This document shows, one piece after another, positions 9,535-18,549 of a DNA stretch of 64,000 nt. The DNA is from an uncultured Dehalococcoidales bacterium. Lineage in GTDB: Bacteria > Chloroflexota > Dehalococcoidia > GIF9 > UBA5629. Every line of letters begins with the position of its first letter. Position 1 is the stretch's first letter. Position numbers and translations under genes: made by a program. Under the pieces are notes generated by a model. It had not been told where the DNA came from. It saw only the letters and a list, made by a program, of their open reading frames with translations, and made no database searches. The stretch lies in assembly GCA_964554375.1 (NCBI GenBank), contig CAZKOL010000001.1:24597-88596 (forward strand), read 5' to 3'.

Positions 9535-10047
9535 ATGGAACTTTATACTGTTGGGCACAGCAATCATCCTCCGGAGAAATTTATCAAACTGCTCGAGGAT
9601 AACCTCATCGATTGTATAGTTGATGTGCGGAGCACTCCATACAGTCAGTGGGCACCGTTTGCCAACCGTGAAAACCTGGAAAAGCTGCTTTCGTCAACTG
9701 ACATTCACTATATTTATCTGGGAAATCTATTGGGGGGCCATATTGAAGGTCTGAACAGCAACAAGAAAGCTGAAAGGATGAAAACATACGATTTCCTTCG
9801 CCAGGAGGAATACTTTATCAGAGGTCTTAACAGGCTGCTTGCTGAAATTGATAAACACCGCACGTGTATTCTATGTTCCGAAGAAGACCCTTCTTCCTGC
9901 CATCGCCGCCTTCTCGTAGGATCAAGTATTGCGGCACAAGGGGTACAGGTCATGCACATACGTGGTGATGGCCGCCTGCAATCCGAAGAAGACCTCTGGA
10001 AAGAGGAACAAAAAATAGATCAGAGCCAGGTATCGTTCCATATCTGA
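9535..10047 (+). CDS. DUF488 family protein (copy 1)
   Basis: N-terminus MELYTVGHSNH...FIKLL...IDCIVDVRSTPYS matches DUF488 signature; conserved C..CHR near C-terminus; 170 aa. Confidence 0.7.
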   Translation: MELYTVGHSNHPPEKFIKLLEDNLIDCIVDVRSTPYSQWAPFANRENLEKLLSSTDIHYIYLGNLLGGHIEGLNSNKKAERMKTYDFLRQEEYFIRGLNRLLAEIDKHRTCILCSEEDPSSCHRRLLVGSSIAAQGVQVMHIRGDGRLQSEEDLWKEEQKIDQSQVSFHI

Positions 10048-10057
10048 AACAAATCTG

Positions 10058-10495
10058 ATGCATATATATACTATAGGTTTTACCAAAAGAACGGCAGCGA
10101 ATTTCTTCGAAACGCTTAAGAAAAGCGGCGCAAAGCATTTATTGGATATCCGCCTCAACAACACCTCACAGCTGGCAGCGTTCACCAAAAAGCAAGACCT
10201 CCCTTATTTTCTGAAGAGCTTGGCCGGCATTGAGTACCATGAGATGCCGGAGCTTGCTCCCAGCGATCCAATACTGAAAGAGTATCGCCGCAGTAAAAAC
10301 TGGAAAACCTATGAGGATGCATACAATAAGCTACTTGGGAAAAGAAAGGCTGAGAAATCTGTGTCCAAAGTATGGCTAAAAGAGGGCGCTGTAATGCTAT
10401 GCAGTGAGCACGACGCTACCAAATGCCACCGCCGCCTGGCTGCCGAATACATAGCTAATAAAAACACCGGTAAAATAACAGTCACGCACTTATAA
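10058..10495 (+). CDS. DUF488 family protein (copy 2, diverged paralogue)
   Basis: MHIYTIGFTKR...HLLDIRLNNTS and C-terminal CSEHDATKCHRRL parallel copy 1; 145 aa; 10-bp spacer after copy 1. Confidence 0.7.
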   Translation: MHIYTIGFTKRTAANFFETLKKSGAKHLLDIRLNNTSQLAAFTKKQDLPYFLKSLAGIEYHEMPELAPSDPILKEYRRSKNWKTYEDAYNKLLGKRKAEKSVSKVWLKEGAVMLCSEHDATKCHRRLAAEYIANKNTGKITVTHL

Positions 10496-10501
10496 AAGAA
10501 T

Positions 10502-11245
10502 TTGCGCCAGAAGATTGTGATCACTGACCTGACACAGATGCCGCAAGGCAATAAGGTATGCGTGATCGGCATCAATGAGCAGGGCAGGACGATAAGGCCG
10601 ATACACGATAATGGTTTCCTGAAAAATTATCTATACAACAGGTCTCAACTAATAATCTTTCCGCGTGCCATTATAGAGTTCGATTTTATCGGAGAAAAGC
10701 CTCAACCACCACACATAGAAGATATGGACTTTGATCCAACATTCATTAAATATCATGGACTAAGCGATGACACCAAGTGGGAGAGTACGTTGTTAATCAC
10801 CTCTTTCAATACCGTAAACAAAATATATGAAGGTAATCTCAAATATGGAAAATGGGTACCGCCTGGTGCTAAAACAAGATCAATAGCCACACTATCCGGT
10901 TCAACCGAACACTCATTTATCATTGAAGAAGGACGAGCACCTAAAACGCGTATCCGGTTTCTGGACGCATCTGGAAATGAATACAACCTGCCGGTGAGCG
11001 ATCTGGCAATCCGGGAATTATGTTTTAGCGAAGTAATAAGAAAAGGGAAAGCTGTAGCTGATGTTGCCGGTGAATTGAATAGGGCCATCGCACAGATTCG
11101 GAAGATTTACTTGAGGGTTGGTCTAGCCCGCGCATATAAAGTGGAGGGTGCCGAAACAGAACATTGCTATCCTCAGATAACAGGCATCCATACTATACCG
11201 GATTACTTGAACGGCAAAACCTTTGCTGATTTTGCCAAGCGCTAG
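10502..11245 (+). CDS. hypothetical protein, no recognisable domain; start codon uncertain (TTG 10502, GTG 10517 or ATG 10538)
   Basis: 247-aa ORF, AT-rich codon usage like the adjacent DUF488 genes; 6 bp after DUF488 copy 2. Confidence 0.5.
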   Translation: MRQKIVITDLTQMPQGNKVCVIGINEQGRTIRPIHDNGFLKNYLYNRSQLIIFPRAIIEFDFIGEKPQPPHIEDMDFDPTFIKYHGLSDDTKWESTLLITSFNTVNKIYEGNLKYGKWVPPGAKTRSIATLSGSTEHSFIIEEGRAPKTRIRFLDASGNEYNLPVSDLAIRELCFSEVIRKGKAVADVAGELNRAIAQIRKIYLRVGLARAYKVEGAETEHCYPQITGIHTIPDYLNGKTFADFAKR

Positions 11246-11478
11246 TGAGCGCAGATGATCTACCCCAATATACTTACAGTTTATTCAGGCGTAATGATTC
11301 TATTTCTCATCTTAACCAGGGCATAAACAATTTCAGGCATTTGTCCCAGACCGCATCGCTATAATTATATGGCGGCCTATGAACTTGACGCCATCCCTGC
11401 CAGCGGCATCCTTAACGGCACGTGAAGCGTCATGCGGCGTTTTGAAGTTGCTGTGTAATGCAATTCGTCCACCCTAAA

Positions 11479-12009
11479 TTAATTGCCGGTTTCGATACCT
11501 TGTTTCGCTATAGATGCTAAAAGAGCCGTGAGACCCCCCTGCATGACAACCGGAAAATATTTCCGCACCTCCATCTGAAACTGCACATTTATCTGTTCTG
11601 AAATCTGCCTGTCGTCGTATAAATGCAATCGGGCAAATGGGATATCACCCGTACCGATACCTTCTCTATCACAGACAACCGCAAACCATTGCATCTGGGG
11701 ACCGATCCTAAGTGCAAGGAAATATCCGGCATACCCGTCTACCGCGCGCTGGCGCAAACAAGAAAAATCCTTTTGCTGAACGATTATGCCCTTCCCTGTC
11801 GTTATCTTTAATTCAAACGAATAACAGCCGCCTCTGCTATCAATTGCGTCTATGTCCGCGTCTTCCGATATATGATTACGTATACTGTTCCATTTCAACT
11901 CATGTAACGCCAACACCATAATGCACTGGCAAATTTTACCTAACTGCGTAGTGCCATATTTGTCATTCAATTGCAGCAGCAATTGTTCACAGTCGTTTTC
12001 AAACGTCAT
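11479..12009 (-). CDS. hypothetical protein, third gene of the SMC-like ATPase operon (possible PD-(D/E)xK-like nuclease)
   Basis: 176-aa ORF starting 2 bp after the ATPase stop; motif D57...E66-L-K68 (AIDSRGGCYSFELK) compatible with a restriction-endonuclease-fold catalytic core; inference only. Confidence 0.45.
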   Translation of the reverse strand: MTFENDCEQLLLQLNDKYGTTQLGKICQCIMVLALHELKWNSIRNHISEDADIDAIDSRGGCYSFELKITTGKGIIVQQKDFSCLRQRAVDGYAGYFLALRIGPQMQWFAVVCDREGIGTGDIPFARLHLYDDRQISEQINVQFQMEVRKYFPVVMQGGLTALLASIAKQGIETGN

Positions 12010-12010
12010 C

Positions 12011-14131
12011 TCAGTTTATATCGGGGCCATTGGACGGATCCCAGCCACTGAATTCAATTACTTTCATGCTCATAGTCAAATTGTCCTTTAACATGACCAG
12101 AAGTTCCGAATCCATCGTGCTGACGATTACCTGACGCGTCTTGGCCGCGTCAGAAATAAGTTCCGCTATCCTTTCCTTATGATGCTTTGCCATACTTTGG
12201 GAAGGATCATCAAAGATAATAGCATTAAACGGTAAATCCTTTGTATTAGATGCACCGATACCGTAAAAAATGGACAAAGCCAGTGCATTAAGATCGCCCT
12301 GGCTCAGAATGGGAATAACATCATCACCAGAACTGTCGCGAAATAGAAAGTTTTCGTTACCACGTGATTGTTCCAGGCACATCTCCAAATCGACTATACC
12401 CGGGTTCTCCGCTATTCTGTCGAAACATTTTTTGATGGATTCTTTGGAGCTATTCACCCTCGATGCTCCTTCTTCATCCCGAATAGCCTTTACAGCCTTT
12501 AAAATTGCTTCTATATCGAGGATCTTCCACTCGGCATATTCGCGTAGAGTGGACAGCTGCTTGTAATTCGAATCATCCTTAACATTTGACAGGCGCTTGA
12601 TGTGTTCCTTGTTTTCCAAAATCCTGCAATAATCAATGATGGCATCGGAGTCGTCCTCTATTGCCCGGATTCTCGGTTCGAGGGACTTTAATGCATCCTC
12701 GAGTTGAAGCTTGGCTTCTTTTGCTGGCTTTATTTTGCCCGCGATGACTATCGCGAGATCCTCCCCCTTTTGCAAACTTATCTTAAGATCCTTCGCTACG
12801 CGGTCGCAGTTTTCAGCATATGACGTTCTCAGGGATGCTTCCGGTACGGTAAGGGTTAAGATCTTGTTTAATAAACCCGTAGCGCTTTCTATTTCTTTGG
12901 TTTTTCCATCCACACATTGGGATAAGGTCATGACTTCTGAGTCAGTCAACTGCTTCAATTTGTTGGCCAGATAAGAAATCTGATCCTGAGTGTCGCTTCC
13001 ACAGGCAGGGCATTGCGCGGCGCCCGTACCAGTCCCACTGTCTCTCATATATCGGTAGAGCGGATCTATAGCGGCATAAAGAGCGTTTATCCTGGCCAGA
13101 CTGGCTTCTATTTGCTTTTTTTCTTCAGTTAAACCGCTGATTTTGCCCTTAATTGATACTTCGTCACCATTTTGTGCTATGAACTCCGACATTTTTTTTC
13201 CGGCCACATCCAAATCCAGCTTCAATTTATTAATTACAGCCAATTTCCCTTCATAATTAACAATCTCTTCAGCTATCGCCTGATTACGAATGCTTGTAGG
13301 CGAGTGAATGAAATATTCACGCGCCAGTCGTTTAATCTGCATTACTCTTTCGTAAATATCTTTATGCCCTTGGATTTTTTCCGCGCTACCTGTGTCCCCG
13401 GTTCCACCCGTCGACTCAGTTAGCTTCTTTTGAAGTGACATGGCTTTCTGTTGCGCATTTTCGATTGAGACAAGGTTTACATTGAGTGCAAGTTTCTTGG
13501 CAATTTCTTCGTTCTGGCTGTTATAGCTTAATATACGGTCCTGAATCCGTTTGTTGATGCCATCTATAGATAGCTGCACCTTACTGGACCATTTATCATA
13601 TTTGCTGGCGGCAATAGTGCTCATCAACGAGTTGTACTCACCCAAACCCAACATCCTGTTGATTATTTCACGTTTATCTCGGGGTTCGGCAAGAGCCAGA
13701 TGCCGTATATTCTCCTGGTGTTGATAGACCATGGCCATAAAATCCATGAACTGACCGACTTGCTCATTTACCCACATATTGGCCGCGTCGCTCTTAATAA
13801 CTTTTTGGCTCATAGTTACGGTCAGTCCGTTATTACCTAATTTCGGGGTGCGCTCAAATATTATCGTATCTTGATCATTGTGACATGTCAGAATAACCCG
13901 GCAGGCGTGTGTCCTTGTGCGATTTTGCGGCTTCCAGTCTTTCCTTTCACGAATGCCGGTAGAGAGCCCGACGCATTTATCGCCAAACAGGCACCATTCA
14001 ACGGCATTTAGCGTGCTGCTTTTACCCTGGGCATTATTGCCGTACAACACGGTCACAGGACTGGTGAAATCAATTGTCTTCCCGCTTGTAAACGCGCGAA
14101 AACCCTGGATAGTAATTTTATCAATCCTCAT
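12011..14131 (-). CDS. Rad50/SbcC-like SMC-family ABC ATPase with central CxxC zinc-hook
   Basis: N-terminal Walker A GNNAQGKSST in an AAA_23-like head, long coiled-coil middle, CPACGS at aa 374-378 (apex), C-terminal signature LSQGDLNALALS and Walker B AIIFDDPSQS; 706 aa. Confidence 0.75.
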   Translation of the reverse strand: MRIDKITIQGFRAFTSGKTIDFTSPVTVLYGNNAQGKSSTLNAVEWCLFGDKCVGLSTGIRERKDWKPQNRTRTHACRVILTCHNDQDTIIFERTPKLGNNGLTVTMSQKVIKSDAANMWVNEQVGQFMDFMAMVYQHQENIRHLALAEPRDKREIINRMLGLGEYNSLMSTIAASKYDKWSSKVQLSIDGINKRIQDRILSYNSQNEEIAKKLALNVNLVSIENAQQKAMSLQKKLTESTGGTGDTGSAEKIQGHKDIYERVMQIKRLAREYFIHSPTSIRNQAIAEEIVNYEGKLAVINKLKLDLDVAGKKMSEFIAQNGDEVSIKGKISGLTEEKKQIEASLARINALYAAIDPLYRYMRDSGTGTGAAQCPACGSDTQDQISYLANKLKQLTDSEVMTLSQCVDGKTKEIESATGLLNKILTLTVPEASLRTSYAENCDRVAKDLKISLQKGEDLAIVIAGKIKPAKEAKLQLEDALKSLEPRIRAIEDDSDAIIDYCRILENKEHIKRLSNVKDDSNYKQLSTLREYAEWKILDIEAILKAVKAIRDEEGASRVNSSKESIKKCFDRIAENPGIVDLEMCLEQSRGNENFLFRDSSGDDVIPILSQGDLNALALSIFYGIGASNTKDLPFNAIIFDDPSQSMAKHHKERIAELISDAAKTRQVIVSTMDSELLVMLKDNLTMSMKVIEFSGWDPSNGPDIN

Positions 14132-14370
14132 AGGTCTCCTTCTTCCCGGTTCGACTCTGAATCTATCTCTTGACAGCCGTCTAATGCCCCACTTTCCAGC
14201 TCCTCCGCTGTGCCCTGAATGCTACCACCCATTTCATTTAAAAAGGCCTTCACAGAATCCTCTCCCCCCTGATCCAACTTGTCACATATCAGTTGAAACA
14301 TCTTTAGCCTTTCTTCTGACCGGGATGTACTGAAACTCACAATTTTCTGCTTGATCTTTTCCAGTTCCAT
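14128..14370 (-). CDS. small acidic protein, first gene of the SMC-like ATPase operon
   Basis: 80-aa ORF, strong RBS gaggagg, stop overlaps ATPase start (ATGA); Glu/Asp-rich. Confidence 0.5.
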   Translation of the reverse strand: MELEKIKQKIVSFSTSRSEERLKMFQLICDKLDQGGEDSVKAFLNEMGGSIQGTAEELESGALDGCQEIDSESNREEGDL

Positions 14371-14839
14371 TTAGCCTCCTCATGTGATGATTGCAGAGCG
14401 TCAAACCTTATTTATCGTTAAGAATAAGTTGCATATCCAGAATGACTACAATTGTTCAGGTAAATGCCGGTAAGCAGTACGGGTGAATATCTTTCCCCTG
14501 TCCCCCACACAGCCTGTCTCATACCAATTCCTCGGATGGCCAAATGCCGGCCAGTATGCCATTACACTACCTCCCGGATCATCATTTCGACATCTGCCCT
14601 ATATTACAACATCGTCCGTCTGCAATCAATATTGAACAGCTTATACGTACACAATAAGTCTACGACTATTGACAATAAAATGTTAATATGTCCAATCAGT
14701 AATGATTGAGTCGATTTATTCATAGGGAGTCACAGCTCCTTATACGTGGGATTTTTATGTATAAATGACTTAATAGCGGAATGTGATACTAATATATTAT
14801 TTGTGTCATAATATGCAGTATGCTCATGGAGGTGCAGAA

Positions 14840-15121
14840 ATGATAGTTAAGAATAAGTACAAATTAACGATAAAGGAAGCCCTTATTCTTTTCTTGAAAA
14901 ATCAGCCTAGCATGCAGGCTCGCTTATCTGAAATATACTTAGGTGTAAATGGTATCTTAAAAAGGGATGTGGCACCATCCGTTATTAGAGGTGTCATATA
15001 TATGGAAATGAAAAGATCTCAAGATCGCAAAGCTACAATAATCACACGTGTTGCCCCGGGTATTTATCGCTTAGCTAGTGGGGGAGCTAGCCAAGCCCGC
15101 CGTAATGTCCACAAAGGTTAA
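14840..15121 (+). CDS. small winged-helix protein (Mrr_N-like DNA-binding domain), putative regulator
   Basis: 93-aa product (MIVKNKYKLTIKEALILFLKN...GIYRLASGG) resembles the restriction-system Mrr N-terminal wHTH; RBS ggaggtg; sits between two defence modules. Confidence 0.4.
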   Translation: MIVKNKYKLTIKEALILFLKNQPSMQARLSEIYLGVNGILKRDVAPSVIRGVIYMEMKRSQDRKATIITRVAPGIYRLASGGASQARRNVHKG

Positions 15122-15330
15122 CACGCAAGACGAAGTTCTTGTAATAAGATGTTCTAGTGTCCCGATGCCCAATTTCGTATTATTGAAATCCTACAGGTTG
15201 AATATTAAGGTATTACAGCGTAGGATATTGCCTGTAGTGATCTTCAGTTGTGCTGATTGTTCTTAATGTGAGACTGAAAAAACTGGGAGTATAGTAAATT
15301 GCTGAAGGAAAAATATTAGAGCCGAAAACA

Positions 15331-18300
15331 ATGTCATCTGATCTCACTTTTCTAACCAACGAACCAGAAAATACCCTGCTTGACCGTTTCTTAGTGTTAC
15401 TCAAGAAAGACTCGCGGTTTTTCGATTGTCTTGTAGGCTATTTTTTTATTAGTGGCTTCTATAAGCTTTATCCAGCTCTGGAGAATGTCGAAAAGATTCG
15501 TATTCTAATTGGTCTTCAGACCGACCGTGCCGCGTATGATCTTATACAAAGGGCTAACCAGCAGTATACTTTGCCTCTTGAATCCCATGCCACTGTGATC
15601 GAACACATTCCTTGTAATGTACTTGGTGAGTTAGAGAAGTCCGCCGATAGTTCAGACGTTGAAGCTGGCGTTCATAAGTTCGTCGAGTGGATTCGTTCGG
15701 GGAAATTGGAAATCAAAGCCTACCCTGGCGAAATACTCCATGCGAAGGTCTACATCATGACCTTTGCGGAAGGTGACCGTGATAAAGGGCGGGTAATCAC
15801 GGGGTCAAGCAACTTTACTCAATCAGGGCTACAGTTAAATCTTGAGTTCAATGTCGAGTTGAAAAACAGTGCTGATTATGATTTTGCCATTAATAAATTT
15901 AATGAGCTTTGGGCTGTCGCCGTGGATGTCTCCATGCCTTACGAAGACACCATCATTAATCGTTCGCCGTTCGCTCATTTTACGCCATATGAGCTTTATC
16001 TTAAATTCTTGTATGAGTATTTTAGAGACGAACTAAACCGGCCCGCTGAGCTTGAAGATATCTATGTACCTGACGAATTCAAACGCCTTAAATATCAAGA
16101 GGAAGCAGTTATCAGTGCCCGTAAAGTGCTTGAGGAATATGGTGGTGTGTTTTTAGCGGACGTCGTTGGTCTCGGCAAGACCTATATGGCTGCCTTGCTT
16201 GCCCAGCAGCTCGAGGGGCGCTCATTAGTTATAGCACCCCCTCATTTGTTGGATAAGCAGAATCGTGGCTCCTGGCCCAACGTCTTCGGTGATTTCCGTG
16301 TTCCCCATACTGACTTTGAATCTATTGGAATGCTGGAAAGCCTGTTAACACGCGATATATCAAAGTATTCCAATGTTTTCATCGACGAGTCACATCGTTT
16401 CCGTACTGAAACGAATCAAACCTATGAGATGCTTGCGCAAATTTGCCGCGGCAAGCGGGTTATCCTGGTTTCGGCAACACCTCTTAACAATACCCCACGG
16501 GATATACTCAGCCAGGTCAAGCTATTTCAGAACGGCAAGAATAGCACCATCCCTAATGTCCGCAATCTTGAAGCCTTTTTCTCGCAGCTTGAAAAAAACC
16601 TTAATAACCTTGATCGTCGGACCGACCGTGAACAATATTTCTCTGTAGTCCAGGCCAACGCCAAATTAACACGAGAGAATATTTTGAAGTACTTAATGAT
16701 CAGGCGAACACGCAATGAAATCATGAAATATTACGGGGATGACCTGAAAGCCCAGGGCTTTAAATTCCCCGATGTCGCCGATCCGCAGCCTCTATTCTAT
16801 AAGCTCAACAAAACTGAAAATGAAATATTTAACGAAATGGTACGTCTGATAACGCAGGCGTTTGTTTACGCTCGCTATAAGCCATTAACCTATTATGAGG
16901 GAAAGCGAGAACAACGTGATATACAAAGCCAGCGCAACCTGGCCAAATTTATGAAGATTCTCTTAATTAAACGGTTGGAGAGCAGCTTCCATGCCTTCCG
17001 TTTAACTCTCGATCGCTTTATCCACTCCTATGATCGCTTTATTGAGGAATATGATAATGGATATGTGTATATCAGCAAAAAGCATATAGGTAAAATACTG
17101 GAACTTCTGGAAACGGATGACCAAGAAGCCGTTGACCGGTTGCTTGAATCGGATAAGGCCGAGCGTTTAAATGCGAAGGACTTTAATGCGGAGTTTATCA
17201 ATGACCTCAAGGCTGACCGAAAGGTCCTGCAGGAAATTGACACCCTTTGGAAGCGGATCAAGCGGGATCCCAAATGGGAGGCTTTTCGTGCCGTTCTGAC
17301 TACTGATTCCACGCTAAAGAAAGGCAAAGTTATCATCTTTACTGAATCAAAAGAGACTGCCGAATATCTTTCTCAGAAGATTGCCGCTGAAGTTGATAAA
17401 AAGGTGCTTTTATATACCGGCCATTCTGACGAGTCTGTTCGTAAAACCGTTATATCTAATTTTGATGCCCGCGCTTTTCAGCCCCAGGACGAATATCGGA
17501 TTCTGGTCGCTACAGAAGTACTTTCCGAAGGTGTCAACCTTCACCGGTCAAACATTGTAGTTAACTACGATATACCATGGAATCCCACCCGTCTCATCCA
17601 GCGTGTCGGGCGGGTAAACCGGGTTGATACAACATTCCCCATCATCCACACTTACAATTTTTTCCCAACTGAAGAGAGTAATGATCTGATTAAACTAAAA
17701 GAAGCGGCTGAAGCCAAAATCCATGCTTTCATCGAAATGCTCGGCGCCGATGCCCGTCTGCTTACTGAAGGCGAAGAGATCAAATCGCATGATTTGTTTG
17801 CCAAGTTGATTTCTAAGAAAACGATAACGGGTGAGGATGAAGAGGAACAGAGCGAACTGGAATATCTCACTGAAATTCGTGGGGTTCGTGATAATCAACC
17901 CGACATGTTCTTACGCATTAAGAGATTACCCCGGAAGGCCCGTTCGACCAGGCTTTCATCGGTGCAGGATAATGCTGAAGTGAAACAATATCCTTCCCTG
18001 ATAACCTATTTTCGCCAGGGCAGGCTTGATAAATTTTTCCTTGCCGGTATTGGCCCTGCTGATCCCATAGAGCTCGATTTCTTTAACACAGTATGTATTC
18101 TTAAGCCTGCCGACACTGAAGAAAAACTACAAGCAATACCGCATGATTTTTATACCCTATTAAATAGAAATAAACACGCCTTCGAAACAGCCACCAGCAC
18201 GGACATGGGTGATACCATCTCCCCGCAAAAGGGTGTGGCGAATGATGTTTATATACTAAAGCGCCTTAAGGCGAAGGAAATCCGTCACTATCATGGTTTC

Positions 18301-18549
18301 ACCGAGGATGATGAGCTGTACATTCGACAGGTAATCCAGCTCCTGACAGATGGGGCGCTCCCCAGGCCTACGACCAAAAAGGTAGCCGACGCTCTAAAAA
18401 AAGAAATGGAACCTCTTAAAGTTTTGGGGATTTTAAGGCGTGACATCCCATATCAGTTCTTCCAGGCAACCCGAGCGCAACAGACTGCTCAAGCATTCAA
18501 GCCTCGTGAAGTAATTCTTTCATCTTATCTATTGGAGGAAGGATCATGA
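15331..18549 (+). CDS. PLD-family nuclease fused to SNF2/SF2 helicase (putative restriction subunit)
   Basis: N-terminal PLD motif LHAKVYIM...GSSNFT; helicase motifs GLGKT (I), DESH (II), QRVGRVNR (VI); ~270-aa uncharacterised C-terminal region; 1072 aa. Confidence 0.8.
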   Translation: MSSDLTFLTNEPENTLLDRFLVLLKKDSRFFDCLVGYFFISGFYKLYPALENVEKIRILIGLQTDRAAYDLIQRANQQYTLPLESHATVIEHIPCNVLGELEKSADSSDVEAGVHKFVEWIRSGKLEIKAYPGEILHAKVYIMTFAEGDRDKGRVITGSSNFTQSGLQLNLEFNVELKNSADYDFAINKFNELWAVAVDVSMPYEDTIINRSPFAHFTPYELYLKFLYEYFRDELNRPAELEDIYVPDEFKRLKYQEEAVISARKVLEEYGGVFLADVVGLGKTYMAALLAQQLEGRSLVIAPPHLLDKQNRGSWPNVFGDFRVPHTDFESIGMLESLLTRDISKYSNVFIDESHRFRTETNQTYEMLAQICRGKRVILVSATPLNNTPRDILSQVKLFQNGKNSTIPNVRNLEAFFSQLEKNLNNLDRRTDREQYFSVVQANAKLTRENILKYLMIRRTRNEIMKYYGDDLKAQGFKFPDVADPQPLFYKLNKTENEIFNEMVRLITQAFVYARYKPLTYYEGKREQRDIQSQRNLAKFMKILLIKRLESSFHAFRLTLDRFIHSYDRFIEEYDNGYVYISKKHIGKILELLETDDQEAVDRLLESDKAERLNAKDFNAEFINDLKADRKVLQEIDTLWKRIKRDPKWEAFRAVLTTDSTLKKGKVIIFTESKETAEYLSQKIAAEVDKKVLLYTGHSDESVRKTVISNFDARAFQPQDEYRILVATEVLSEGVNLHRSNIVVNYDIPWNPTRLIQRVGRVNRVDTTFPIIHTYNFFPTEESNDLIKLKEAAEAKIHAFIEMLGADARLLTEGEEIKSHDLFAKLISKKTITGEDEEEQSELEYLTEIRGVRDNQPDMFLRIKRLPRKARSTRLSSVQDNAEVKQYPSLITYFRQGRLDKFFLAGIGPADPIELDFFNTVCILKPADTEEKLQAIPHDFYTLLNRNKHAFETATSTDMGDTISPQKGVANDVYILKRLKAKEIRHYHGFTEDDELYIRQVIQLLTDGALPRPTTKKVADALKKEMEPLKVLGILRRDIPYQFFQATRAQQTAQAFKPREVILSSYLLEEGS

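Noticed and set aside
12011-14131. 706-aa ATPase as an RloC/PrrC-type anticodon nuclease or as SbcC of an SbcCD pair
   Set aside because: The ABC head domains occupy both termini, leaving no room for a C-terminal ACNase domain. No SbcD/Mre11 phosphoesterase gene is adjacent, and the protein is much shorter than bacterial SbcC.
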